Shown piece by piece: positions 18,759 to 30,000 of a DNA stretch of 64,000 nucleotides; the stretch's first letter is position 1, and every line of letters begins with the position of its first letter. The DNA comes from Candidatus Cloacimonadales bacterium. GTDB lineage: Bacteria > Cloacimonadota > Cloacimonadia > Cloacimonadales > JAFGVF01. The translations under genes were made by a program, and so were the position numbers. The stretch is taken from positions 192,001 to 256,000 of the forward strand of contig OY782781.1 of assembly GCA_963678315.1 (NCBI GenBank), given 5' to 3'. The notes under the pieces were generated by a model. The model was not told the origin of the DNA. It saw only the letters and a list, made by a program, of their open reading frames with translations, and ran no database searches.

Positions 18759-21452
18759 TTATTTCAAAAGGAGCATTTTCGAAGTTTGTGTCTTACTAGC
18801 AATATCTAGTCTAAAGTAGTAAATTCCAGATGCTACGTTATTACCTTTATTATCTTTACCTTTCCAAACATATTGATATTTGTTAGGTTCTAGTTTGTCA
18901 TTAATTAGTGTTTTAACTAGCTGTCCTTTAACATTATATATTCTTCCAACAACTGCTTGTGGACTTCTTGAGTTTTCATTTCCAACCACAAAACTAATAG
19001 TAGTTTCAGGATTAAATGGATTTGGGTAATTACCAATTAAGTTGCTTTTTAGTAAATCGTTATCAACTTCATTGCTAACTGCTTGAGCAGTAAAGAAAGT
19101 ATTAATTGAAGACCAAGAAGATTCTCCAAATGAGTTATTAGCTTTTACTCTCCAATAATATCTATGTTGAGGAAGCAAGTCCTCCACTGAAATAGAATTT
19201 CCTGTTAGTTGAGTTTCTTCAACATCATCATAGAAATAGATATTTGGACATAGTTGGAATAAGTAATCTTGTGCAGCTAAGGAGTTACTCCATTCAAAAT
19301 CAACTTCTTGAGGGTTAATCATTGTTGCATTATAGGCAGGACTAATCAAGCTAGGTACATCAGGTGCTGAAGTATAGTCGCCAGTTTCAAAACTGAAAAC
19401 CTCTGAATATTCACTTTCCAAAGGACCATTAATAGCTTTTACCTTCCAGTAATATGTTTGATTATCTGCTAGAGCAATATCATCATACATATTTTCACTG
19501 ACAGTCACTGTAAACATATCTTCACTATTGAACTCTGAACTTGAAGCCACTAGCAGTTCATATTCATAAGCACCAATTACTTGATCCCAAGAGAATAGAG
19601 GGTTAGTAGCAACATTGACAGCTTCATTTATAGGTGCAACTTGTGCTGGTATTGCTAATTCAGAAACCACTGTTAATGGGTTATTAATTACATCATACTT
19701 ACCGGTTGCCACTTCATAGGCTCTCAAAAGAACTGAATCTGAGTTTAATTCTGGAACCTGCCATGTATAATCATCTTGGTTTGCATTTGTTTCAATAATA
19801 GTAATCCAAGAAGCACCATCATCAACAGAATACTCTAAATTTATATTACTAACATTGTTTTTAGCAATCCACTCAATATCAACTAAGCCATTAGCAATTA
19901 ATGATTCGCCATTGTTAAGTGAAGTAATTATTATATTTGATACATCCACTTTAAAGGTTAAAGAATCTTCAAAAACTTGTACATGATGGACATCTACACC
20001 AGTAAAGTTGCCATTTGTTCCAATAGCTTGAGGATTGGTGCTAAAGCCAAATGAGTCATGACTTTCATTCAATGGAGCACTACCTATCTGTCCCCCACCG
20101 CTTGGATTGCCACCTGGTCGATAGATATATACTTCATCTGGAGGACCACCAGCATTACCATTACCAGCTTCAGAGTTGTTGATTTTGTAAGTTAGCAGAC
20201 CTTGTGAAGGTAAAGCTGATTCGAATAAAGGATCGATTCTTCTATATTCAAAATAGATGTCTTCAAGGTAGTTCCAAGAAGTTATCTTATAAACATTGTT
20301 TTCATTTGAAGATACTGGATAAAGGGTATAAGTTCCACTTTCTTCAATCTTAGGAATATTAGGCATCCACTGGGTATAATAATATTTCATATATTGATTC
20401 ATGTGTTGTGGAGGAGTTGTATTACCAGCCATCAAATCCCATACACCAACCGGATCTCCATCAGTATCATATCTATAAAGGTCTGGTGCACCTAGAGAGT
20501 GATATAATTCATGACACATAACACTTGAACCAGAACTGTTTAAATGAGTTTCAATTTGGAAATTATAGTCATAAACTTGCTTTCCATGAATATAAGCGGT
20601 TGCATAGTACATTGACCATCTATGAGGCCATAAAAGAGAAGCCCAGTTGTTTGGAGAACCCTTGATAACATATATTACATTATCAACATAACCGTCATTA
20701 TCTCCATCAATTGCTAAATCTTCAGGAATCATGCTTTCTACATATTCAGCCGCATCTGCTAAAAGTTGTTGTTCTCTTTCTGAACGTTCATCACCATGAT
20801 CACCACCTTGGTAACCAATTTGATTGAAGTTGCTATATGCTTCATAATAACCTCTTGGGTGAGAATCTTCATAAGAGACTATTACATCATTTTCATCTGG
20901 TTGAGGGAAGAAGTCTGCAGTCACATTGATTTGACCATAAGATACTTCATTATAATAGTTATGAACAGAAGGAAGCTCTGGGTCAGTTGAGTTCATCATA
21001 TCATCATAAAAATCTATTGTAGAAGTGAATTCTGATTCGCCTGAAAATCTAATAAAGATTACTACATTAATCAAATCACCTGTTGAAGGTGTGCGTTCAA
21101 TGCTTCTAGGTCTATTTCTATAAAAATCATCTCTTTTTGCTTTCCATTCACTATCAGAAATATTTATATTTCTTTCTAATCCAACTGATTGAGGATTAAC
21201 TTGACCAACAATATAGTTTGTTGCTACGATTTTGTTGTTTTCCTTGTCTGCATAAACATAAAAACCTTTGTCATTTCTGTTTATGGTATATCCGTCAAAG
21301 TCATGGAACCAGTGGTGATATTCATCTCCTGACGCTAAAATATTGATTTCATTACCATCGGGTTGGGTAAAAGTCATTGGTACATTGTTTACTAAAGCAC
21401 CAAATAACATCATTGGAATCATAATCAGTAAAATTATAGAAATCTTTCTCAT
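18759..21452 (-). CDS. Secreted M6 (immune inhibitor A-like) metalloprotease with Fn3-like domains and FlgD-Ig/T9SS-like CTD
   Basis: 'FTQPDG..GDEYHHW' propeptide, 'LWPHRW', 'CHELYHSLGAPDLY', 'WDLMA', CTD 'NYPNPFNPETTISF..IYNVKGQLV..SGIYY'; start set to ATG 21452. Confidence 0.9.
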   Translation of the reverse strand: MRKISIILLIMIPMMLFGALVNNVPMTFTQPDGNEINILASGDEYHHWFHDFDGYTINRNDKGFYVYADKENNKIVATNYIVGQVNPQSVGLERNINISDSEWKAKRDDFYRNRPRSIERTPSTGDLINVVIFIRFSGESEFTSTIDFYDDMMNSTDPELPSVHNYYNEVSYGQINVTADFFPQPDENDVIVSYEDSHPRGYYEAYSNFNQIGYQGGDHGDERSEREQQLLADAAEYVESMIPEDLAIDGDNDGYVDNVIYVIKGSPNNWASLLWPHRWSMYYATAYIHGKQVYDYNFQIETHLNSSGSSVMCHELYHSLGAPDLYRYDTDGDPVGVWDLMAGNTTPPQHMNQYMKYYYTQWMPNIPKIEESGTYTLYPVSSNENNVYKITSWNYLEDIYFEYRRIDPLFESALPSQGLLTYKINNSEAGNGNAGGPPDEVYIYRPGGNPSGGGQIGSAPLNESHDSFGFSTNPQAIGTNGNFTGVDVHHVQVFEDSLTFKVDVSNIIITSLNNGESLIANGLVDIEWIAKNNVSNINLEYSVDDGASWITIIETNANQDDYTWQVPELNSDSVLLRAYEVATGKYDVINNPLTVVSELAIPAQVAPINEAVNVATNPLFSWDQVIGAYEYELLVASSSEFNSEDMFTVTVSENMYDDIALADNQTYYWKVKAINGPLESEYSEVFSFETGDYTSAPDVPSLISPAYNATMINPQEVDFEWSNSLAAQDYLFQLCPNIYFYDDVEETQLTGNSISVEDLLPQHRYYWRVKANNSFGESSWSSINTFFTAQAVSNEVDNDLLKSNLIGNYPNPFNPETTISFVVGNENSRSPQAVVGRIYNVKGQLVKTLINDKLEPNKYQYVWKGKDNKGNNVASGIYYFRLDIASKTQTSKMLLLK

Positions 21453-21731
21453 ACTTCCTCTCAAATTAATTTTATTTATATAATATTTCAATTTATCACT
21501 TAGTGTAATTTAAATTTTCTAAATAACTAATTTCATATATTAGCAGTCAATTATTAATCCTGAAATACACCTTTAACATTTTTTGGAGCTTTGTCCTTCA
21601 ATTGAACTAATACTTGTAGCTTATAGTGAAGCAGATATGAATTTTATAAGATTTATATTGCACAGGCTGTAATTTTCTTTAAATTAATATTAGTGATTTA
21701 CAGAATATTGAAATTAAAGGAAGGAGTTATT

Positions 21732-22550
21732 ATGGACGCAGAACAAATCTTACAAAAACTTACAGAAATGAGTGTGGAATATCTACCTAAACTTGGTTTG
21801 GGTATTGTAACTTTAGTCATCGGATTATGGGTGGCAGGGCTTATAAACAAACTTATAATTAAAGCTTTTAAAAAAGGAAAGGTTGATGAAACTTTAATCG
21901 GTTTCTTAGAAAGTTTTATCGGTGCAATACTTAAGATTTTAGTTGTTATTTCTGTTGCTTCCATGGTTGGAATCAAGATGACTTCATTTATCGCTATGCT
22001 ATCAGCTATGGCTTTTGCAGTTGGTTTAGCTTTCCAAGGTTCACTTAGTAACTTTGCTGGTGGAGTTTTAATTATAATTTTAAAACCTTATAAAGTTGGT
22101 GACTATATTGAAGCCCAAGGTCATTCTGGAATTGTAAATTCTATTCAAATCTTTCACACTATCTTGAAAACTGTTGATAACAAAACTGTTATTATCCCCA
22201 ATGGACCTTTATCTAATGGAAACATTATTAATTATACCTCTGAGAATAAACGCAGAGTAGATTGGACCTTTGGAATTTCTTATGCTAGTGATTTTAATAA
22301 AGCTAAAGAAATTATTCAAGGTATTTTAACTAAAGATGAACGCATTATGAAAGACCCAGCCCCATTCTCAAGAGTTGGTAAACTTAATGATAGCTCTGTT
22401 GATATCACTGTTAGAGTTTGGACTAAAACAGCAGACTATTGGAATGTATTTTTCGATGTTGTTGAGAATGTTAAAACTGAATTTGATGCTAATGGCATTG
22501 AAATCCCATTCCCTCAAACAGATGTTCATATTCACAATAAGAATGCTTAA
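21732..22550 (+). CDS. mscS: Small-conductance mechanosensitive channel
   Basis: 'GLAFQGSLSNFAGG', 'KPYKVGDYI', 'IPNG', 'GIEIPFPQ'; ATG behind AGGAG. Confidence 0.93.
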   Translation: MDAEQILQKLTEMSVEYLPKLGLGIVTLVIGLWVAGLINKLIIKAFKKGKVDETLIGFLESFIGAILKILVVISVASMVGIKMTSFIAMLSAMAFAVGLAFQGSLSNFAGGVLIIILKPYKVGDYIEAQGHSGIVNSIQIFHTILKTVDNKTVIIPNGPLSNGNIINYTSENKRRVDWTFGISYASDFNKAKEIIQGILTKDERIMKDPAPFSRVGKLNDSSVDITVRVWTKTADYWNVFFDVVENVKTEFDANGIEIPFPQTDVHIHNKNA

Positions 22551-22591
22551 ACTTACCAAATAATACATAACTTCATTTAGAAGTCTATATT

Positions 22592-22623
22592 AAGAGCTTT
22601 GATTTAGTCAAAGCTCTTTCTTT
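22592..22623 (+). terminator. Intrinsic terminator after mscS
   Basis: AAGAGCTTTGA-N5-TCAAAGCTCTT hairpin followed by T-rich sequence. Confidence 0.7.
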
Positions 22624-22850
22624 ATCTTATTACTTGGGGTGTGAATATCAAATAAGAGAACTATCCACGAATTGCACTAATTACACTAATTAAATCTTTT
22701 TTGCCACAGATAACACAGATAAAGCAAATCCTCTAACCTCTTAAACATCTCAACAATTAAACATCTGGACCTATCAACTCTTAAACATTTTTGTCATTGT
22801 ACATGGAGGACAAGCCTCTATGCTAATACATGTCGTCCCTTTGGGGGCTA

Positions 22851-23062
22851 CTGTCCAGTCCTAAATAATTTGACTGTTTTTCGTGTTTTTCGTGTTATTC
22901 GTGCTTTTCGTGGTATACTTTCCTGTTTGCAGATAAAGCCTAGCCTTTATGTCGCCCTTTCAGGGCTTTTTTTATTTTTTAACTATTACATGGAGGGCAA
23001 GCCTCCATGCTTAGTATATGCCACCCCTTCGGGGTTTTTATGGATAGCATCTCCTCAATTCT
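22851..23062 (+). repeat. ~210-bp dispersed repeat, copy 1
   Basis: Matches 45821-46023 except 2 substitutions and one extra 9-bp TTTTTCGTG unit. Confidence 0.95.
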
Positions 23063-23484
23063 TCAATCATTCTTCATTCATACAAGTTTAATTCTTAATT
23101 CTACATTATCAATTCTTTGCCGGCTAGCAGCCGAGCGTTCCCAGTGTAATCAGTATTCGATTCTTCATTTTTAATTCTCCATATGTACTTCAGCCTTAAT
23201 AGCCTGTTTGAAAAAATGGCTTTTTTTCAAGGTGGGGCTTTGGGAAGAAGGCAGTTTCAGACATTGCAAAACTTCTCTATAATACCCTGAAAGAGTAAAT
23301 TATCCAAAGCCCATGATTTAAATCATGGGTAATAGTAACGATACATCATCAAAGTCCTGTAGGGACTTAACGAATGAAACCTTCATCAAATCAAATATTT
23401 TCAGCACTGTAAATATATTATTTAATCTTCTTTAGCTTTGAAAAGCTAGGCTTGGGATAATAAAGCCCTTCAGGATAAATTATC

Positions 23485-23525
23485 CGTAAGCATGAACCAT
23501 CTTCAACCTAACGGTAGATGCTTAC
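23485..23525 (+). repeat. 41-bp GTAAGCAT..ATGCTTAC palindromic element
   Basis: Homologous to 45777-45817; same stem arms as the 14342-14608 array unit. Confidence 0.8.
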
Positions 23526-23640
23526 CACTAGGAAGGATCTTTGAAGCTTAAAGTGCTAAATATTTATCTGATTGATTTCAGACAAACAATAAAAGAGCAC
23601 CTTTAAAAGTGCTCCTTTAAATTAATGCTGTTTATTTAAG

Positions 23641-25944
23641 TTAGTCTAAATCTACAGTAAGAATATAAGCTTGACCTAGACCTTTTTCAAGTTTCCAACC
23701 ATCAAGAACATTCTTAATTTCAGAAGCGAATTTAGATGAAACCATTTGACCATCTCTTAAGATATCAAGAGTTTTCACTGTATCATTATCATTAATTAGA
23801 TTAATATTGATAGTTCCTGTTTCATTTTGTTTTCTAGCAAGTCTTCTGATTTTATTAGAAATTACTTTTTCTTCAGTGTCATTAAAGAAAGATGTAACTT
23901 CTTCAACTTTCACAGCATCTTCAACAGTAGTTATTTGTTCTGAATCCACAATAACTTCCACTTCAACATCCTTAGCTTCGCTAACTTCAGCAGTATCAAT
24001 TTTAATGACTTTAACCTCTGCTTCATCAGCATTTTCAATAACCTTAACAATCATTTCTTTTGCTTGTTCAGGGATATTTTCATCAGCCATTACTTGATCT
24101 AAGTCATTATTAACTTCAACTTGGTCTTCTACTGCTGTAGCTTGTTGACTTGATACTTCTTCCATTACTTCAGGAGCTTCCTCAACTTTATTCATACCCA
24201 TGATTTGGAGGTCGAATTCAACACGTCTGTTTAGTTGTCTATTCTCTTCAGAATCATTAGCAACTTTTGGATTGTTTTCTCCATCACCACGGAAAGATAA
24301 TCTGTCATTCTCAATACCTTTACTTGTTAGATATTCATAAACAGATTTAGCACGTTTTTCAGAAAGATCTTTATTATATTCATCAGAACCTAGGTCATCT
24401 GTATAACCAACGATACAAGCTCTGAAATTAGGGTTTGCAAGGAATTTTGAAGCAACATCATCAAGACTTGGATAAGATTCTTCTCTTAGATTAGCACTAT
24501 CGAAATCGAAGAAGATGTTTGAAATAACGTAAGATTGTTGTTTTAATGGTTCAATAACTATATCGTGATACATTTTATCTACATCAGGGTCAACAACAAT
24601 AGTTTCAGTATAAGTTAAGAAACTCTTATCAGCAACAAGACATTCAAGAGATTCAACTGTTGGGAATGATACTGAGTAGTAGCCATCACTTGCAGAAGAA
24701 ACAATATTGGTTTGTTCTTGACCATCAAGAGTGTATTTCCATTGTACCATTGTTGAAACAGGATTACCGTCAGTATCTTTTACATAACCACCAATAACTA
24801 AATCAGCTTCTTCAACATAAGTCATATAAACTTTGTAGATGTCTTCATAACCAGAATTTGGCTTTCTATCTGAAGATAAATAAATTTCATTAGAGTTTGC
24901 TACACGGTAAAAATGTCTGTCATTATAGATAGAGTTAATGTCAATACCTAAGTTTACAGGTTCAGACCAGTCAGTCCATGAATCACCTCTTTTCTTAGCT
25001 TTGAAGATATCAAAACCGCCAAATGATGGATGACCATTAGAAGAGAAATATAATGTCTCACCATCCCAGTCAATAAATGGAGTTTGTTCGTCAGCAATAG
25101 TATTGATAACAGAACCTAAGTTAACTGGAGTAGACCAGCCACCATCAAATTCTGAAACCCAGATATCATAGCCACCGATTGAGCCTTGTCTATTTGATGT
25201 AAAGAACATTACTTCATCATTGAAGACGTAAGGTTGTTGGTCAGACCATTTAGATGAGACTTCTTTAATTTTCATTGGTTTTGTCCATGAAGATCTTACT
25301 TTAGAAGCTTTATAGATATCACCATGTTTGTTTTTGTTGTTATCGAAATTTCCAAATAAGTAAACTGTGTCACCTGTTTGTGAAATTGAATTTAATGATT
25401 CATGGTTATCAGTACAAAATTCTTTAACTAACTGAGGTTTTCCCCACACACCAGAAACTTTTTCACTTTTTAAGATGTTCTCTTTGAACATAGGAGCTTT
25501 TCTTGATGAAGTAAAATACATTTCAGTACCATCATTATTAAGAACTCCTGCAAAATCAGAGTTAGGTGAGTTTAGATAGTTTGGAAGTGTTCCAATAGTA
25601 TAGAACTGTTTTCCTTTCTTGTTGTTGATAATACCATCTTCAAGTTGACTTAATAGCTGACAATAATAATCTTTATCAGCACCTAAATTATTATTAACAT
25701 AAAATTCTAAAGCTTTATAAGCTTCTGCCATTTTAGATTGTGCGAATAATATCTCATATTTAATAAGATAGTTTTGCATCTTTTTAGGTGATTCATTGAT
25801 TGCTAAATCAATAATCTCTTCAGCTTCGGTATAACATCCTTCAGCAAGAAAATCTCTTGCTTGATCAGTATAGCCTATAGCAGTTCTAGCAAACATAACA
25901 GTAGAACACACTAGAGCTAACACAATAAGTAATTTTACTTTCAT
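23641..25944 (-). CDS. PorE-like TPR / PD40 beta-propeller / OmpA_C peptidoglycan-binding protein with C-terminal extension
   Basis: Signal peptide, TPR, PD40 repeats ('LYFSSNGHPSFGGFDIF'), OmpA 'IFFDFDS..GYTD..YNKDLSEKRA..NRRVEF'. Confidence 0.88.
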   Translation of the reverse strand: MKVKLLIVLALVCSTVMFARTAIGYTDQARDFLAEGCYTEAEEIIDLAINESPKKMQNYLIKYEILFAQSKMAEAYKALEFYVNNNLGADKDYYCQLLSQLEDGIINNKKGKQFYTIGTLPNYLNSPNSDFAGVLNNDGTEMYFTSSRKAPMFKENILKSEKVSGVWGKPQLVKEFCTDNHESLNSISQTGDTVYLFGNFDNNKNKHGDIYKASKVRSSWTKPMKIKEVSSKWSDQQPYVFNDEVMFFTSNRQGSIGGYDIWVSEFDGGWSTPVNLGSVINTIADEQTPFIDWDGETLYFSSNGHPSFGGFDIFKAKKRGDSWTDWSEPVNLGIDINSIYNDRHFYRVANSNEIYLSSDRKPNSGYEDIYKVYMTYVEEADLVIGGYVKDTDGNPVSTMVQWKYTLDGQEQTNIVSSASDGYYSVSFPTVESLECLVADKSFLTYTETIVVDPDVDKMYHDIVIEPLKQQSYVISNIFFDFDSANLREESYPSLDDVASKFLANPNFRACIVGYTDDLGSDEYNKDLSEKRAKSVYEYLTSKGIENDRLSFRGDGENNPKVANDSEENRQLNRRVEFDLQIMGMNKVEEAPEVMEEVSSQQATAVEDQVEVNNDLDQVMADENIPEQAKEMIVKVIENADEAEVKVIKIDTAEVSEAKDVEVEVIVDSEQITTVEDAVKVEEVTSFFNDTEEKVISNKIRRLARKQNETGTININLINDNDTVKTLDILRDGQMVSSKFASEIKNVLDGWKLEKGLGQAYILTVDLD

Positions 25945-26064
25945 GAAATCTCCTTATAACTTATATAAATTAATTATTTCAAAACTACTCTTGAAACCTC
26001 ATTTAGAGTATTAAGGTTTTAAAAGTAATTTTGAGAGGGGAAAACTCCCCTCTCAAATTTATAG

Positions 26065-27021
26065 TTAGAATCTAAATGTTAGACCATATCTGTGTGTGTC
26101 TTCATTGATTCCATCATCATCAGCTTTAACAAATGCATAATTCATTTCTACCATTTTGAATCTAATACCAAAACCAGCAGTAAAATTACCATCATTAGCA
26201 CCAACTCTTACGCCACCTTGAACTTCAGATAACATATCTTCCCAAGATGGGTTTTCTGTGTTTCTCATTGTTCCTAAAGAAGAACCAGTATCTGAATCAC
26301 CACCGATACTTGTCCAGTATTCAGCACCAACATGAACTGTTGATTCATCAGCACTTTCTTCTTTTCTGAAATCACCAGAAACTGTTAAACCGTGAATAGG
26401 ATAAACAGCTACACCAACTGAATATTGAGTTGGGATATCTGAATCATCAAAATCACTTACTAGATCTCTAACCATGATACCAGCTGACATATATTCATTG
26501 ATATCATAAATAGCACCTAAATCTAATCCATAACCACTCTTTTGGTCACCATCAATATCATCAAAAAGCATTTTTAATGTTGCTCCCCAGTGAATTGAAC
26601 CGTAACGAGTAGCTAAACTAAGATTAACATTATTATCCATAACATCGTATTCACCAAGATAGTTTTCACTATCATCATAACTATCGATATCAGTTGTACC
26701 AGCATTAATCCAACTTAATGCGATGTAACCATATTTATATCTCATACCAACAGAAGCATTATTGTATACTCTATCTAAGCCAAGACCATCAGTATAGTCA
26801 ATACCAACTTCAAAGTCAGTAACTTTTGATAGTCCTGCTGGGTTCCAGTATGCAGCTGTTATATCATTCATATACGCTGTACCAGTACCACCCATTGCCA
26901 TACCTTTAGCACCTAAGCCCATACGGAGATAAGGTTTATTATGGTTATTATCAGCAATAAGAGCAGAAACAAGACTTAGCATCACTGCTACAACGATAAG
27001 TATCTTCACATTTTTAGTCAT
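26065..27021 (-). CDS. PorV/PorQ family outer-membrane beta-barrel
   Basis: 'LRMGLGAKGMAMGG..A.YWNPAGL', 'GLDLGAIY', C-terminal 'HRYGLTFRF'. Confidence 0.85.
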   Translation of the reverse strand: MTKNVKILIVVAVMLSLVSALIADNNHNKPYLRMGLGAKGMAMGGTGTAYMNDITAAYWNPAGLSKVTDFEVGIDYTDGLGLDRVYNNASVGMRYKYGYIALSWINAGTTDIDSYDDSENYLGEYDVMDNNVNLSLATRYGSIHWGATLKMLFDDIDGDQKSGYGLDLGAIYDINEYMSAGIMVRDLVSDFDDSDIPTQYSVGVAVYPIHGLTVSGDFRKEESADESTVHVGAEYWTSIGGDSDTGSSLGTMRNTENPSWEDMLSEVQGGVRVGANDGNFTAGFGIRFKMVEMNYAFVKADDDGINEDTHRYGLTFRF

Positions 27022-27065
27022 TTATTCCTCCAAATTTTTAGAGGAAGGGGCTTAGCCCCCTCCAA

Positions 27066-30000
27066 TTATTTAATTGCTATTTTAACAACCTTACTAATTT
27101 CCTTAGCACCATCAACAACTCTGATTCTAGCGAAGTATGCGCCACGAGCTAATTTCTTACCATCTGATGTTCTACCATCAAATTCAAGTTTATTATTCAT
27201 GTCACCACCGATTGAGTTGTGAGCAATAGTGCGAACAAGTTTACCAGCAAAGTCAAATATTTCTATAGTAACTTTAGCTTCTTTTGTTGTAGGAATTACG
27301 AATGTAGCCATCTCACCTTTTAACATTGGTGATGGATACATATAAGGTTTTGCAGTGAATTCTAAGTTAACACCACTGTAATCAGCTTCAACTTGGAATG
27401 TAATCATCTTAACAGTTTTGTTTCCTGCTCTATCATAGATAGTTGCAGCAACAAGATATTGTCCGTCAGTTTGTGCAGGTACGCGACATGCATAAGAGTT
27501 AGCAACATTTTCAACTGTTAGGTTAAGAACTTCTTCGTTTGCAGCGTTTGTAGCAACAATTACTAATGAATCAAGACCTGAGTTTGCACGAACTCTAGTA
27601 GTATCGTCTTCTACAACAGGCATAATGTCTGAAAGTTCAATAAGAACATCAACCATTAAGTTTTCATCTTGAGCAAATACTGTATTAACTTCAGGAGTTA
27701 CAAATTCAATTGTTGGGCAGTAAGCATCGATTGGATATGTTTGAGTAGCTTCAGCGAAACCACCAGCAATATTTTCAGCACTTACTACAACTTTAACTGC
27801 AGATGCATCAGTTGGTATAATACCACCGTGAAGGTTAACAGCATAACCATTGTTGTTAGCAACAGTGTAAGGTTCAACAATAACTTCGTTACTTGGGATA
27901 GCAATTACACTAGCCATAACTGAGTTAATTTCAGAACCATTGTTATCTATATCGAAAGCAATTTCGTTGTTACTTGTAACATTTACCCAGCCATTAGACA
28001 TATCTAAACCATCAATAGTGATGATAGGAGCTGGAGCTGAAACAGTGAAGTTTCTGCTAATGTTTGTTACGTTACCAACCATGTCTTTTGAAGTAGCTTG
28101 TACAATATATGTACCTGATTCTTCTGGAGTAACAGCGATTTGTAAGTTATCAGCATCTTCTGTAATCATAGAATCAGCAATTGCCATTCCGTTAGGAGCA
28201 ATAACTTTGATTCTTGTTGAAGCAAGACCTGATAAGTTATCTTGAGCTTGAACTGTTACATTAACAGCATTACCAAGCATTGTTGTGTATTCATTTACAG
28301 GATTGATAATTGAAAGAAGAGGTCTTTCATTATCGATAGGATAAGTTTGGTTAGCAGCAGCTTCCAAGTTCCATCCATTCATTGCAATCACTTCAACTCT
28401 AACTGCTGTTTGACCAGCTTCTACAACTGAACCGTGGAAGTTTATTGATGCATCTCCATTATCATCTAATGATAATGTGATAGGACCTTGAACAACTTCG
28501 TTTGCAGGTTCTTGGTAGATGTTAGCAACTACTGATGTAATTTCAGTGTTATCATGACCAGAAACAACATTCATATTAAATGTGCTTGCTGTAGTAGTAG
28601 AAATCCACCAGTTATTGTCATCATTATTGAATTCAACAACAGGAGTTGGTCCACCAACAACTTCGAATGAAAGTGTTGAAGTACCAGTATTTCCAACTAA
28701 GTCACTGATAGTAGCAACAGCAGTATGCATACCAGGAGTTAGATCAGATGCAGTGTAAGCAAAAGCACCAGCAGTTGATGTACCATCAGCAGTAATGTCT
28801 GTACCGTCTAAAGTAACAACTAATGAGCTTAAGTTAATACCTGAAGCACCTGTATAGTATTGTACATTTGAGTTAACGTAAATACCAGCTAAATCTTCGA
28901 ATTCGAATGCTAATTGAGCATCTGTTCCGAACATGATTTCAGCATTTTCAAAGTCAATGATATCTTCATCAATCTTAGCAACTTCGCCGAGATCCCAAAC
29001 ACCGTTGTTGTTTGCATCGTCAAAGTCTTGGTCTTCGTTAATACCATTGATAGGGTCTTCATTGAATAAACCATCATTATCATTATCAATTGGGTTACCG
29101 ATAGGAGATGTTGCCATAACGATTGGTTGAGCATAGTCAATACCAAATGTTTGTTCAGCAATATTATTCACATCAATATCATCGATAGCATCAATTTCAA
29201 CTTTAAGTCCGATTGCATTAGGTAACTGTAATTGAACGAAACTAAATGAGTATTCGTTTGGATTAGCAGTAGCAACTGGAGTAGAAGTTTGAATTACGTT
29301 AGCGTTATTATTATCATCGATTGATGAAAGAACAACTTCAATGTCTTCTATTGTTCTACCTTCAGCAGGAACAACTGTGAAGATAAATTCTTGTGACATT
29401 GATGGGTTTAACCACCAGCCGTTTTCGAAACCAGTATTCAAGAATGTGATAACTGGTCTGTCAACAGTAACGTTAGCAATAACGTTACCAGCAATAACAT
29501 TAACTTGGTTAAGGTTATTTACAGCTGTCCAAGCAACATTAAGAGTTGCAATTTCTCTTGATCTCATTGGTTGAGGTACAAGAGTTACTAATTCTTCAAT
29601 TGATAATTCATAACTATATTGGTCACCTGCAACAGTGATTTGATCCATAGGAACATTAATCATTGTAGCAGCTGTGAAGTTATTAATAACTAAGTTATAA
29701 TCCATGATACCAGTTTCAGTATCTTGGATAGTAGCTGTAAGTGTTCTGTTTAAAGCATCAAGTTCGATAGCAGTATCAAACATAACTGTAGGTAATGTAT
29801 CATCAACATTGATTGTTAAGTTTGCAGAAGCAGTGAAACCGTTCATTTCAACATTAACAAGAACATCGTGAGCACCAGCAGTTAAGTTAGCTAGATCGAA
29901 ATCAATAATGCTATTATTAAGAGCAAGGTTAGCTACATTAGTATTAACACCATCAACAAGAACATTTACATTTGCTAAAGCGAATGCAGGGAAGATATCA

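Noticed and set aside
22870..23091. 73-aa ORF and its paralog at 45744-46076
   Set aside because: Both are read-throughs of the palindromic non-coding repeat; the similarity is explained at the DNA level
22551..23640. IS element, integron or prophage in the long intergenic regions
   Set aside because: No transposase, integrase or phage ORF, and no convincing terminal inverted repeat plus target-site duplication
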